Shown piece after piece: positions 25,956 to 37,290 of a stretch of 64,000 bases of DNA. The translations under genes were made by a program, and so were the position numbers. The notes beneath the pieces are model-generated. The model ran no database searches. It had not been told where the DNA came from and saw only the letters and a program-made list of their open reading frames with translations. Every line of letters begins with the position of its first letter. Positions within the stretch are counted from its first letter, which is position 1. Source of the stretch: Lama guanicoe (Eukaryota); assembly GCA_013239625.1 (NCBI GenBank), contig MU053810.1:2243518-2307517 (forward strand), written 5' to 3'.

Positions 25956-28900
25956 ACCAGATAAAACCAAAGGTTAGCAATTTACTCACAATGAATTCAG
26001 ATGCAAAAAATAAATCAGTAAGTCTCTATTTCCCACAGCAGCTCTCCTGTCCCTCACAAGTCCCTATCACACTAAAGTAAGAGAAACTAAATCTAGTCCC
26101 ACTCATGACACCAAGTCCATTCAATGGTTCAAACAGTCAACTTAGGTAAATTCACATTTCCTCTGGCTTCCTGACTCCTCTCCAAGCGCGGGTCTCAGTG
26201 TGTGTGAGCAGGAAAGTCTAGGTGACCTTGGGGGGATAGGGGGTGAGGAAAAGTGAGGCCTTGGACCCAGGCCCATGTTCCCTCATTCTCTCCTCTAACT
26301 CCTTTGGCCTCAGTGGCATCTCCTTGTCCTCTTGCTCACTGGGTCCCCTGCTGGCATCCCTGCTGCAGACTGGCTGGCGACCTGACGGTGCATTCTCCTC
26401 TGGCTCAGAAAGGGCCTGGTGGTATCAATGCTAAATCTGTCCAAGCTCACTTCAATCTGAGGTCTTGCCAGTACCCCCTACCTCCCTGAGCCATGCCTGG
26501 CTATCAGGACACTTCATTCCCACAGCAGCACAGCCCTGCCCTGCAACTCACCCAGCACCCTGCCTCCACACCAGATTGGCGTCCCTTCCACGCCATATAT
26601 GATATTAAAATTCAGAGGAAATGTCCTCTGGGGTGGTCCTCTCTGCCTCTGGCTTTTTCCCCCGCTACCTGCCATGTCTCCCCCATCTTCCCTCTCAGAG
26701 ATTCCACCCAAAGAGAGGGGGGAGCTCATGTTTCAGTCTCTGATTCTTCCTGCCTTCTTCCTGCACGTGGCCAGAAGGAAGACAGGCATCCCTGTCCCCT
26801 GGGACCACATTTCCTCCTTCTCAAAGTGGAGTTCACGCTTCTCCTTTCTCTGGAGCCAGAAGCATGCAGTGGTAAGGCAGAACATGATTTATAGAGGAGG
26901 AAGAGGAAAAACACAGTGATTTCACATTTTTTTATACATTCTCCTCATCACAGCTGTTATAGTCATGACCTCAGAGCCACAAAACTGATAGGCTATCTAC
27001 TCAAAAACTTAATTAAGAGAGGAGTAATCTGACTCCAGCCTACAGAATGTTAACAAGTAAGCCTGTCCTCTGCCCACCCAGAGCACAGCACTGGCACCCT
27101 CTACCACGAGCAGGGGGAGTGATGGAAAGGGAGGCAGATGAGCCAGGGGGGCACCCAGGAACCACCCCGCAGGGACTCTGAGGGCAGATGGAAAGAACAG
27201 GGGTCATTTCAGGAGAGTGACGAGTGGAAGATCAGGCCCCTGTGATGAAAGGCTGTAAAACTCCACCATGACACAGCAAATCAAAACATCTTGGTGATTC
27301 TGCTGTCTGCCACTACTGACATCTTTGCCCCTGACATCATTTTACCCAGAGGTAAAACAGAAAAACAATCTGACTGATGGGAAATGGTGGGGGTTAGGGT
27401 TAACATCTGCACAGCACGTTATGTTCCCTGAAAGAAATGTGCCACATCAAGTGAATTGATATTTCTCCTTTGAAGTACTTATTCACATTCAGCCCTTCCT
27501 ATATGTGAAACATAATCTCTCATCATTTTCGCTGCCTCAAAACCTTGAAAAGAAACATGCTGAAGCTTCTCCCTGTGAACTTTTGCCTTCGCATACGCGA
27601 GAAAGCGCTTATTGTGGGAAGTAAGCAGCATCTCCCTAGGATCAGAATACAGCATCAAATGGTGAAAAATCAAAAGATGGGCACTAGAAAGCTGCCAAAA
27701 TTAGGTTCAAAGAAAATGGAAAATTAAAAAGCAAATATGAAAGGCTTCTTGTTCAAGATCAGCGGAATGTAAGAATTACGGAAGAAAACCATCTGGAGAG
27801 ACAGTCTTCCTGTTTAGAAGCTCGGGGTTGTCGGATGAGATAAGGGACAGTAAGAGGACCCAGCGAAGAGCAAAGAATAGCCAGCTACGATCAGGAAATG
27901 GGGGAAAAACCTAGATATGCACTTAGAAATGGGATCCACAGCTGGGCAGGATGCAGAGGGCCACTCTGAGATCCCATCACAGGCAGAAGAGCACTCAGGC
28001 CTCCAACCCCCTGAAAATGTTTTTAAACATAATTAAAATACACACAGCTCTCTCTGTAGGTTTTTCACAGTGGAAATTTTGCCTACGTTTGTTAGTTTTT
28101 TATTAGTGTCCTCTCCCCCGCTGGACCATAAATCCCCAGACGGTGAGGGCTCTCTCTGCTGATGCTCGCTGCAGCGGCCCCAGTGTCCAGCACAGGATTC
28201 GGCTCATCACTGGCGCTGGGTGGCAAGTGAAATTCAGGTCAGATTTATGCCTGGGAGGGGCGTTTGGAGTGGGATTTGACATGTACAAGGGGGATGCTCT
28301 CCAAAACAGCTCTCCAATCACCTTTCGACAATTACTGAAGTTCCCGAGTCAGGGATCCATTGCTCTGAAGGAACGGAGGAAGTCAGTCTTCAATAACACC
28401 AATAAAAAGCCACTGCCACCTGAGAGGAGTCTCGCTTTAGGTAATAATTTAACACCTTACTGGATGGTTAGATGACAGGTAACAGACAAAAAACCTCTGC
28501 AAATGGAAGACAGGATGAGGAGGTACAGAATGGTGCCAAGGGCAAGGCGGAGGAAAGGAACGCTGGACACAACCCTGCCTCCTTGCCCCTGTAGAGGTTT
28601 GTGTCCAGCATGTGTCGTCATTTCTCCCACAAAGATGTGTAACTATGATGTTCCCTATAAAAGCCCTCGTTACCTTCTCACCTTACTACTGGCACGTACC
28701 CTGCTGCCCATAACATGGAAGATTAAAAAAAGAATCAACAAAGATTACCAAAGGAAGGCTCAAAGGCTGCAGAACGACTGGCAGTCTATCCATCGTCTTT
28801 TTCAATCTTTCATCTTCTCAGCACTTGTAACTTACACACACTCCAGTTAGGACACAGTGAGTGCCAAGCCTCCATTATTTTCAGCCTGATGGCAAACAGC

Positions 28901-29181
28901 TAAGCCAATCACATTCACAATGAACTGGGAAAGGAGGCTAGCATTTTATCTCTGAGCAGTGCTTTTCAGAACTCTGCCCTACAGAGGCCCGGGGCTTCTC
29001 AAGACTTTCATCACAAGGCCCTGTGAGGGCGAGGATGGGATAAGTGGGGGGAACACAGAGAAGGCAGAGGTTTGCCCCCTCCCCACTTCAGCCACAACCC
29101 TGTTTTGCTCTCTCTTCTGTGAAGGCTTCTCCTCAAAATTCCATTTGAAGAACCATTTCCCCTGCTTTAAGCAGTGCACAG

Positions 29182-30327
29182 GAGAGGCCTGGAGGACACA
29201 AACATGAACAAGTTGAAATCATCACAGAAGGATAAAGTTCATCAGTTTATAATCTTCACACAATCTAGTGAAAAAACAGCAGTAAGTTGTCTGTCTCAAA
29301 ATGACTGGAAGTTAGATGTTGCAACAGACAATTTTTTCCAGAATCCTGAACTTTATATACGAGAGAGTATAAAAGGATCATTAGACAGGAAGAAGTTAGG
29401 ACAACTATACAATAGATACAAAGATCCTCAAGATGAAAATAAAATTGGAATAGATGGTATACAGCAGTTCTCGATCCAGCCAGCATTAGTGTGTTGCTCA
29501 TCGCATGGAAGTTTAGAGCAGCAACACAGTGCGAATTCTCCAAACAGGAGTTCATGGATGGCATGACAGAATTAGGATGTGACAGCATAGAAAAACTAAA
29601 GGCCCAGCTACCCAAGATGGAACAAGAATTGAAAGAACCAGGATGATTTAAGGATTTTTACCAGCTTACTTTTAATTTTGCAAAGAACCCAGGACAAAAA
29701 GGATTAGATCTAGAAATGCCCATTGCCTACTGGAATTCAGTGCTTAATGGAAGATTTAAATTCTTAGACTTATGGAATAAATTTTTCTTGGAACATCATA
29801 AACAATCAATACCAAAAGATACTTGGAATCTTCTTTCAGACTTCAGTACAATGACTGCAGGTGACATGTCGAATTATGATGAAGAAGGAGCATGGCCTGT
29901 TCTTACTGATGACTCTGTGGAATTTGCACGCCCTCAAATTGCTGGGACAAAAAGTACAACAGTGTTCCACTAAAGGAACCTTTTAGAATGTACATAGTCT
30001 GTACAATAAATACAATGGAAAATTGCACAGTCTATTTCTGCTAGCTGGACTGAACTGAAGATCAATCCTCACAATTCAGACCGAGGGTTGAGACAAAACT
30101 TTAAGGATATATCTTGGACCATATTGTATTTCATTCTTCTAATGGTGGTTTGGGCTTGTCTTCTAGTCTGGGCCGCTCTAAACATTTATTATTCCAACAC
30201 TGTGGATTTCACCTTGTATCTGTGGACCATCCTAGTTTGTCCTCCCATAAGTCTTAGAAGCTTTATGGTGATTATTTTGAGGTTTCCATTAAAAAAGTAA
30301 TGATGGAGAACAAAAAAAAAAAAAAAA
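29182..30327 (+). pseudogene. DCUN1D1: processed pseudogene (retrocopy) of DCN1-like protein 1
   Basis: Intronless match to DCUN1D1 from ATG 29204 ([12 protein letters not shown]...[16 protein letters not shown]) to ...[15 protein letters not shown] (29964). About 16 nt deleted at ~29470 (removes CDDLA, frameshift). TGA at 29644-29646 in place of Arg. Native stop position 29965-29967 reads TTC. 3'UTR, poly(A) from 30312, TSD aag[c/a]agtgcacag at 29169-29181 and 30328-30340. Confidence 0.97.
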
Positions 30328-31809
30328 AAGAAGTGCACAGACTCCAGATGGAGAGCGTTCAAACATCTGTGCCTTCTCTGCCACTAAGAGCATCCTACAC
30401 AACCCGAAAAAAAAGAGAAATGCTTGTTACAATATCGTGTGAAAACAAGTGAAGAAAATTTCTCTCCTAAGGGGCTTCTCACCTCGCCTAAGTTTTTAAC
30501 GTTTAGGGATTGACCAACTTAGAAAGAGTTTGTGTTCCAGAAGTTTAATTTATAACAGCAAGGCTTTAGAATTCAAGGCTCACTTATCTACAAAAAAAAA
30601 AAAACAAATGCCATCACGCTGGTCCCAAGGCAGGCAGTGACAGACCGATTCCCACAGTCAAGTACAATGTCACTAACACCACTAGAACGGGAGGGGAAGT
30701 CCCCTTTGCCCCTTCAGGCATGCGTCACTATGGGCCGGTGGGGGTGCCTAACCTCCAGTTAACATGTTATTTCTCTAACGCAGTTCACCCTGTGATTTGT
30801 GACAGGAAAGGAGCTAATGACAACAGAATTGCATCTCCTCACCCCTCCTGAATGCAGAGTCCGGCCAAGTCCACACCCACCGTGGTCAGCGGCTGGCCAG
30901 GTGGCCCTGCCCTGGTTATTCGCAGGCTGGGTAATGCCTGTAAGTCACCACCTGTCACCAGTTTTGAAACACTAACTCATGTTTGTTTGTTTAACCTCCA
31001 GTATTTCGTATCATTTTATTATGACAATTGACACCTACAATAGATTCCAGAAAAGCTGAGAGGATCTAACACCTAGGCAAAGTTAAAAAAAAAAAAATGC
31101 TGGCAATGTTCATAACCCCCTCAAAGAGAGAGAGAGAGGAGAGAGAAAGAAAGGAAAAGAGAACAGAGTGCAACTATCAATAACTTCCTTGGCTGGGCCT
31201 GAAAATGAGTTTTTGTTTTTCCTTCATTTGGGCTCATTTGATAAGCTAATGAACTAAAAGAAAAGAATTGGTTTTAATCAAACAGTTCTAAAGGATTTCA
31301 GAATTTCAAAACTTAGAGTAATAAACAGATCTGACTCATTTATCATCACACGTTATCAAAACAAGTAAATAAAACATTAATAGTCAATTTTCCACCAAAA
31401 CTGCTGAGCTGTTCAGAATTCTTGATATCAAAACACATTGTAACTGACTACTTCAATTAAAAAAAAAAGCGCACACAAAGGAAATGCTTTCCCACAGCAC
31501 TGAATCATTTAATATGCTAAAATTAAATGAACTGCCAGTAATGAAAACTACCTTTAGGGCAGATATCTTTCCATGTCTTTGCCAAAAACTAGAAATGCTC
31601 TGATAGAAGTGTTTTTATCACTTATGAGGAAGGAGGAGGAGGAGGAAGGGGAGAGAGAGGAGAGAAGGAGGATTTCTTCCTACGTGTGAGTTTTGCACTT
31701 TATGCAAAATTCTACCTTCACAAATACTGTGCTATCAGCTTGTACTGCAATTATCTGCTTACACACCTCCTATTCTAGGAGCTTCTCTGAGTAATGTGGC
31801 CCGAGCACC

Positions 31810-32000
31810 AGTTGAGATTGTGGACACGGGGGGCTCACAGATCTAGGTTCTAGTCCAAGTTCAAGTCCTTGGTAAGTCTGAAAGGGCGAGTTCTCTAAAG
31901 GCCGAGTGCTTCATCTAAATAGGGAAGATAAATAAATACCTGTCTCAGAGGGCTACTTGAGATGAAATGAAATACACATGTAAAACTGTGTGCCCCGAAC
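31810..32000 (+). mobile_element. MIR SINE fragment
   Basis: cagatctaggttctagtcc...ccttggtaagtc...cttcatctaaa...aatacctgtctcagagggct...tgagatgaaatgaaata. Confidence 0.6.
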
Positions 32001-34369
32001 ACAGCCACATGGGTGACGACGGTGAGGATGCCTTTCCCCCTCCAATGTGGAGAACAATTCCTCGCACGTAGTAAGTGGCCAACACGTGTTTCTGGAATTG
32101 AGTTGACTTGCCCCAGGCCATCTGTCTGATAAAGTCCTACATCTTCTTTCTCAAAAAGATGACCTTTGAGCAAAATCTTACAGAAAATCTGGTGCCTCCA
32201 CCTGACCACTGCTTGGAGACCCCGGAACGCCTGGTGCATCTCTCTGGGAACTCCTGTCCCACCAGCTGGGACCTGCCTGTGTGCCCTGCCTTCTGAAGCT
32301 TGTGGCTTGCTCCTACCTCGGGGAGAATAAATCAGCCTTTCGTGAAACAGAGAGCTCCTTTTTCCCTTGCTTTTCCAGGGCCAGGCATGTGGTAGGAAAA
32401 TAATAAATGTTTATTCCTGAGCCAAGCGGACGACACCTATAACCACTAACTGAGCCCAGAGAGGGTGGTGTGCTCTCTAAAGGAAGGAGGCGAGGGTTCA
32501 CATCAGCGCCTCTCTCCACCTTCAACGCTTGGCTCAAATTCCCCCTCCAGCACTAAGCATAACCAGTCCAACCCCTACTCATCTCTCCCTTTCTGAGTCC
32601 TTACTATAAATAGAAAATAGTTGCGCGATCTTGTTTCCCTCAGACACCCCCTGAGTTCTGTGTGGGCAGGATTAACTAATTATAAATTCTTTTGCACAGA
32701 ACAAGGACATGTAATAGGCAGGAAACAAATATTTGATTGCTTGATTTAGTTCTGTTTTCCAATGTGCTCCAAGTCCTTCTCCAGAATTATCTAATTAATC
32801 CGAACTGGATGAGAAGAAAGGCATATTGGATCTGCGCAGCCGGGAGCCAAGTCCTGGCACCCTCTGCGGTGCGAATGTGCAAGGGGCCTTCTCGCCCGCT
32901 TCCCAGCACTGCCTCTCTTTGGCCGCCGCTCAAATTTTTGAACTAATGGCTTACCATACAGAAAATTAGCATTTTGCATAAACCGAACACTAACTGCCAA
33001 CCAAGTCTTCATGGCATCATTAACCAGCAGTAAACTCTACTATGAGTTCTATTTCCTCTAATTAAGTGGACTGAGAAGTGGTCCCAAGTGCCCCGGAAAG
33101 AGGGTGGAGGGATCCAGCATCTCGCCCGGGACCGGATAAACCCACGTGGAAATAACGAGATGCCAGTGCAGCTGAGAGCTGACCACTGCCATCAGGAATG
33201 GCCACAGCATTCTCAGGGTATTAACTGGACACCTCTTTCCTTAGCAAATTCTGCTCTTCTCCCTTTTTCCATATCAAGGGTTCCCAGGGACCACAAACAT
33301 CATAATCAGCCTCCACAGTCATATAGTCTTTTTCTAACTTTCCAAAGTGGTTTCATGCCTTTTCTCACGCCTATGTGACACTTGCAGCCACGCTCCAGAC
33401 AGGCGGGCAAGATCAGATACACTGTCCCACTATGCGGAAGCACAAAGAATCAGAGCAGCTGGCGCAAGGTCACAGACAATGAACAGCAGAAGGGGGACTA
33501 AACTCAGCCTCGCCTCCCCGCCCCCCAGCGGCTGACCAGTGGGCTGCCACGGAGTCGCAGCCCTGTCCCACACGGGGGACAGGGGAGATGGCATCTCTGC
33601 AAGGGAGCACTGTAGGCTTCTCAAGAAGAGACTGGGTGTCCCTGAAGACAACACTGTCACTCGAACCCCTCGTCTTAATCGATGTGTCTCACCATATTGA
33701 AGGCAAGTCTCCATCCAACACGGCTGACTGGGAGCCAGTCGTGGTGTTCTAATCTTTGTTCCTGCTGTCAGGGTGACATATGAAGGAAATATGACTGAAG
33801 TGACAGGATGAAAACAAAGCTAGTGGCTGGTGTGAGACACACAGACAGGGTGTCAGCCCCACACTCACTGCAACTGGGTCAAGTTAACACCTCTTTTTTT
33901 CCCCCCCTACATATGCAGTGTGGAAAAGCTATTTATAAAATGTTTTTAAATATTTAGGACCAAATAAATCAATATTGTTGGGAAACACTTACTCGGACCA
34001 GAACTCATTTACTTGCCCTAGTCCCACGTGGATAACAGAACCGAGACTACATCAGGACGGCCCCAGCCCAGGAAGAACACAGGTGTTCTGCCCTGCTGTC
34101 CGGAACGCCCACCCAGGTCTGCTTTCGTCTGCACGCTGGCTGGTGACCCGGCAGCAACGGTATAATGACCCAAGCTCATAAGAGTAGCCTTGGGAATAAA
34201 ATTCAGAACCGATGGAACAAAAATTGGCCTTTCAGAAATTACCTGACTCTGCAATTCACTTTGCTGCTTCAGGCGAAGATTTTCAGGTGTATCTGCCACC
34301 GTAGTGAAGGACTGCTTTGGGTAGTGTCTGTGGAGAAATTGTTTTAAAGAACATAATTAACATCATTGT

Positions 34370-35935
34370 CTTATTCTTTCCTTCTGTCACGATGGAGGAG
34401 GTGTCTCTCCTCTTAGCTGAGGTCAGCTCTTTGTCATTAATCTGGGTCCCAAATCCTCCTCCATTCTCATGACCCTCTGGGACCCAGTTACATCTCCCAA
34501 AATGTCACCCTGTTCCATTAGCGCCGCTGCCCCATTAGCTACTTCCCGCCGGCATCGGAGCACGCTCAAGGCTCTCCTGACTTCCCCAAGCCCTCCCTCC
34601 ACCCACACCACTCCCACATGTGGTCCTCAAATCTGTTCTCTCTTTCAGCCAAAGTTCCGTACAAAGAGGCTTACACTCAGTCTCTGCTCATCTCTTCCAA
34701 CTCTCCCATCAACTTTGTGCATTCTAGGCCCTGTTTCCAGAAGTTTCTCTGGATAAAGTTATAATGACTTCCTGTGGCATAGAGGACCCAACAGACATTT
34801 TTTTGGTATTCCTCTTGCTTCGGCTCTCCTCCACCTTGAAACATCCTCCTCCTTGATTCCTATGTCTCCACACGCTCCTGGCCTGGCTTCTCCACCCCAG
34901 CTGTTCCGTCTCATCTCCTGTGGCCTCCTCTCTGCCCATCCTCCTTTGAAGGTCTCACACAGGCTTTCTTCTCTCCTCAGTGAACACCTGGGTGATAACC
35001 TGGGTGATCCCATTCACCCTCACGGCTTCGGGTACCATCTCTATGCCTGTTGACTGCTCCTAGATCTGTATCTTGAGCCGAGCTTTCCCTATTGCATTTC
35101 AGGTCCATTGGCATTTCCACTGGTGCATACCCCATATGCCCTACAAATTCCAACAGTCTGAAATCCAGCTGGCCATCACCCCACCACAACCCCAAAACCA
35201 GTTCTGCCTCCTGTATCCTCTCTTTCATTTATTAGTGCCCAGGTGCTCACGCCAGAAACCAGGGAGTAATCCTGACTCCTCACACATCTAATCAATCATC
35301 ACCAAGTCTATCTCCTAAATATGTCTTGATTATACTTACTTCTCTGTCTCCACTGCATTTTTTCCTTATAGGTCACATTTATCTTTTAGATGACTGTGAC
35401 ACTTGCCAGCCCGTCTAATCCAACTTGCCAAAGCAGACATTGTAAAATGCCAATCTGATCACATGACTCCTCTGAGTAAAACTTTCCCATGGCTTCCCAC
35501 TGATCTGAGAAAACAGTCCAGCCTCCTGTCCCCCGAGGCCCCCATGATCAGCCTCCTGCAGACTTCCTGCTCACACCACATGCTCTGGCCATGGAGTTAA
35601 CCCTTCTCCTTCCCACCTCTTCCCCCACATGCCTTTCCCCAGCCTGGAACACCCCACTGCTCTGGCCAACTCCTCTTTATCCCTTAGGCCTCGCCTTAGG
35701 TTTCACTTTCTCTGGGAAGCCTTCCTGGTCTCTCAGGTGTGCACTGGAAGGTACTTTCCTTCTCATTATGATTTTTATCACATCCATTTGTACATTCCCA
35801 TTGACATGCCTCTGTCTCACAGCACAAGGAAAATCCCAGGGCAGCGAGAACAGGCTGTCTTGCTCCTTGTCAGAGCATATTCAGCACCTACCAGTGTCTG
35901 GCTCATAGAATGACTTCAATAAATATTTGTGGGAA
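34370..35935 (+). mobile_element. LINE-2, long 3' portion
   Basis: Collinear L2 motifs (taccatctctatgc, caggtgctcacgccagaaaccagggagtaatcctgactcctc, aatctgatcacatgactcctctg) ending in the L2 terminus cagtgtctggctcatag...tcaataaatatttgt. Confidence 0.85.
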
Positions 35936-36749
35936 GAAGAAAAGAGGGGAGGGAGGAGGGTGGGGAGGGTTGGGGAGATAAGAAGCCACATGACATAGCA
36001 CACGTCAGGCTACAGCAAAGCTTCACCATGTTGCATCATATGTAATCACATATATGCAAACACACAGGCCCTCCTGGAGGTGCAGGGAGGCAGCTACTCC
36101 CCACGGGTGGTTAGTGACCCCAGCAAGTGCCTCTGCCCGACTCACTGCTCCCCCCACCAGTGCACACTGAGGGCCCACCTCTAGCTGCTGTGCCTCTGTC
36201 ACCACCAAGCAGTGGGGATCAGAGCCTCCTTCCCCCATTTCCTTCTCCCTGGCCCCGCCTCAAGGTGATGTCCACTCTCTGTCTCTCCCCATGGTTTCTC
36301 AAAGGTCCTCTTAGCCTCACTATTTCACCATAATTTTCTTGCCTTCTTAGAGGAGCTACAAACCTAATTTAAATTTTGTCATGATAACTTAGGGTCGTCT
36401 AAAAAGATGTCATCAGATCATGATACAAGACAGCAGTGCCTTCAAAGTTTTCAAAGGTTGGGATGACCTCGGTTGCAGGGGATCATTGTACTTTTACGTC
36501 TGTTGGACTGACAAGAGGGTGTTTCTCTCACACAGCAGTGAGCCTGGCACCGGCTTCTTCCCTTCTGGTTTCCTTCTTCCAACCCAGACTAAGAAACTAG
36601 AGAGTAGTCGAGTTTAATGAATTGTTGGTAAAACTAGAGTTACTGATTCAAGTGGGGAAGCTGTAATAGGCAAGATCTCTCACTCTTCTTAACCTGAAGT
36701 CAGACTTTGCATCAGTCACACCCTCTGGGGGCCACTGGTTTTTTTGGGG

Positions 36750-36830
36750 TTTTTTTTTCACTTTATTGACGTATATTTGACTTACAATATTATATTGCTT
36801 TTGGGTGATTCAATATTTTTGTAGATTATT
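36750..36830 (-). mobile_element. short LINE-1 3' terminus (older lineage)
   Basis: T-run followed by ttattgacgtatatttgacttacaatattatatt...gtgattcaatatttttgtagatta. Confidence 0.55.
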
Positions 36831-37228
36831 TGGGAGCTCCTTTGGAACTGTGCTCCAGGCAGGTGGAGCTGGACAGACACCTTCACTGTGTTCAATAACA
36901 TTGGCAACTCAATCTTGGAAAGCTGAATTTTACTGGACTTTAAAATGTAGCCACTATGAATGTACTGCTATACTTCAAAGCAAAAGTAACAACTCTGCAC
37001 ATTTTTTAAAAATACATGCTGAAGACTAAAGTTTCACAGAGATTTTCTGGAGTTCCACAATGTTTAATTCAAAAATTTTATGTATGTATTTTAATGACTT
37101 TTAAAACTGTAATTAAAATCTACTCTCAAATGCGTTATGGAAAGTTTAACCCGTTGAGATCATACTATACTAACCTGCAGGTTAACTCAGTTTAGGGGCA
37201 GACTCTGAGAGGACAACCTTCTCCTATC

Positions 37229-37290
37229 ATGTATGTTTAATTAAAATTATATTTAAAATTTAAAAATTACATTTTTAATTAAACATACAT
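37229..37290. repeat. perfect 18-bp inverted repeat with 26-nt spacer
   Basis: atgtatgtttaattaaaa (37229-37246) and ttttaattaaacatacat (37273-37290) are exact reverse complements. Confidence 0.9.

Noticed and set aside
29174..29973. ORFs of 130 aa and 85 aa as a functional DCUN1D gene
   Set aside because: They are pieces of one retrocopy broken by a frameshift and a nonsense codon.
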